In this document: piece by piece, positions 63,746-64,000 of the stretch
Position numbering within the stretch: position 1 is the first letter of the stretch
How the letters are laid out: each line of letters begins with the position of its first letter
NCBI GenBank assembly: GCA_008632985.1
Contig: QPGO01000014.1
Coordinates: 186,001 to 250,000 of the forward strand
Source of the DNA: Psammoneis japonica
Lineage: Eukaryota
DNA length: 64,000 nt
Direction: 5' to 3'
Made by a program: the position numbers and the translations under genes
Notes under the pieces: model-generated
Databases searched by the model: none
The model's input: the letters and a program-made list of their open reading frames with translations, nothing else
What the model was told of the DNA's origin: nothing

Positions 63746-64000
63746 ATGGAGTCACTATCCTTGCACATGGTGTCCAAAAAGGAAAAGCGCCGTCTTCAAG
63801 ACGGTGCAAAGCGGCGAGAAGCCTACGAAGAACCGCAGATTGCACAAGCACAGGCAGCCCTTGTCTTCCAGCTGCAAGAATTACAAGGCAAAAAGAGCCC
63901 AGCCCACGCCACCAACAAGCTCATCAAAAACGCCCAGCACGATGGATTGGATGATATTGGTATGAAAGCACGCTTTTTGGCGCTAGATATTTTCTACGAG
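63746..64000 (+). CDS. Partial ORF running off the window end, possibly related to the DnaJ/UIM family helical repeat
   Basis: 85 open codons (MESLSLHMV...KARFLALDIFYE) with weak resemblance to RRAFW...AKQIFLELYD. Confidence 0.3.
   Translation, partial: MESLSLHMVSKKEKRRLQDGAKRREAYEEPQIAQAQAALVFQLQELQGKKSPAHATNKLIKNAQHDGLDDIGMKARFLALDIFYE

Overview
Eukaryotic nuclear DNA, most likely a diatom (inferred from short GT-AG introns, diatom-type TE families, secreted P/T-rich proteins and a plastid-type EGY/M50 protease). The window alternates between two compositional states. (A) Transposon-rich domains at about 1-25500, 32880-36100 and 62080-63530 are strongly depleted of both CpG and TpA and enriched in TpG/CpA. 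They hold decayed elements: an RNase H-bearing LINE, a foldback/MITE, a 4.6-kb DD34E Tc1/IS630-like transposon with about 350-bp TIRs, Gypsy and Copia integrases, a CRE-like LINE and decayed host-gene copies. (B) Ordinary gene-rich DNA encodes a 5-hmdU DNA kinase (aGPT-Pplase1) family protein fused to an ADD/PHD-like finger, a sulfotransferase, a MIC19-like CHCH protein, a CDKC/CDK12-like kinase, CBS, UBX and Yip1 proteins, three tandem GPI-type beta-propeller proteins, an EGY protease and a DnaJ/UIM family. Headline 1: internal duplicate comparisons show a localized mutational process converting TpA as well as CpG to TpG/CpA. This is the reverse of fungal RIP for TpA and is GC-neutral. Headline 2: a phage-type thymine-hypermodification enzyme with a probable histone-reader finger sits at the edge of the largest such domain; any causal link is only a hypothesis. 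Many single-base frameshifts in otherwise intact genes suggest an imperfectly polished assembly. All family assignments are from motif recognition by eye, with no database searches.
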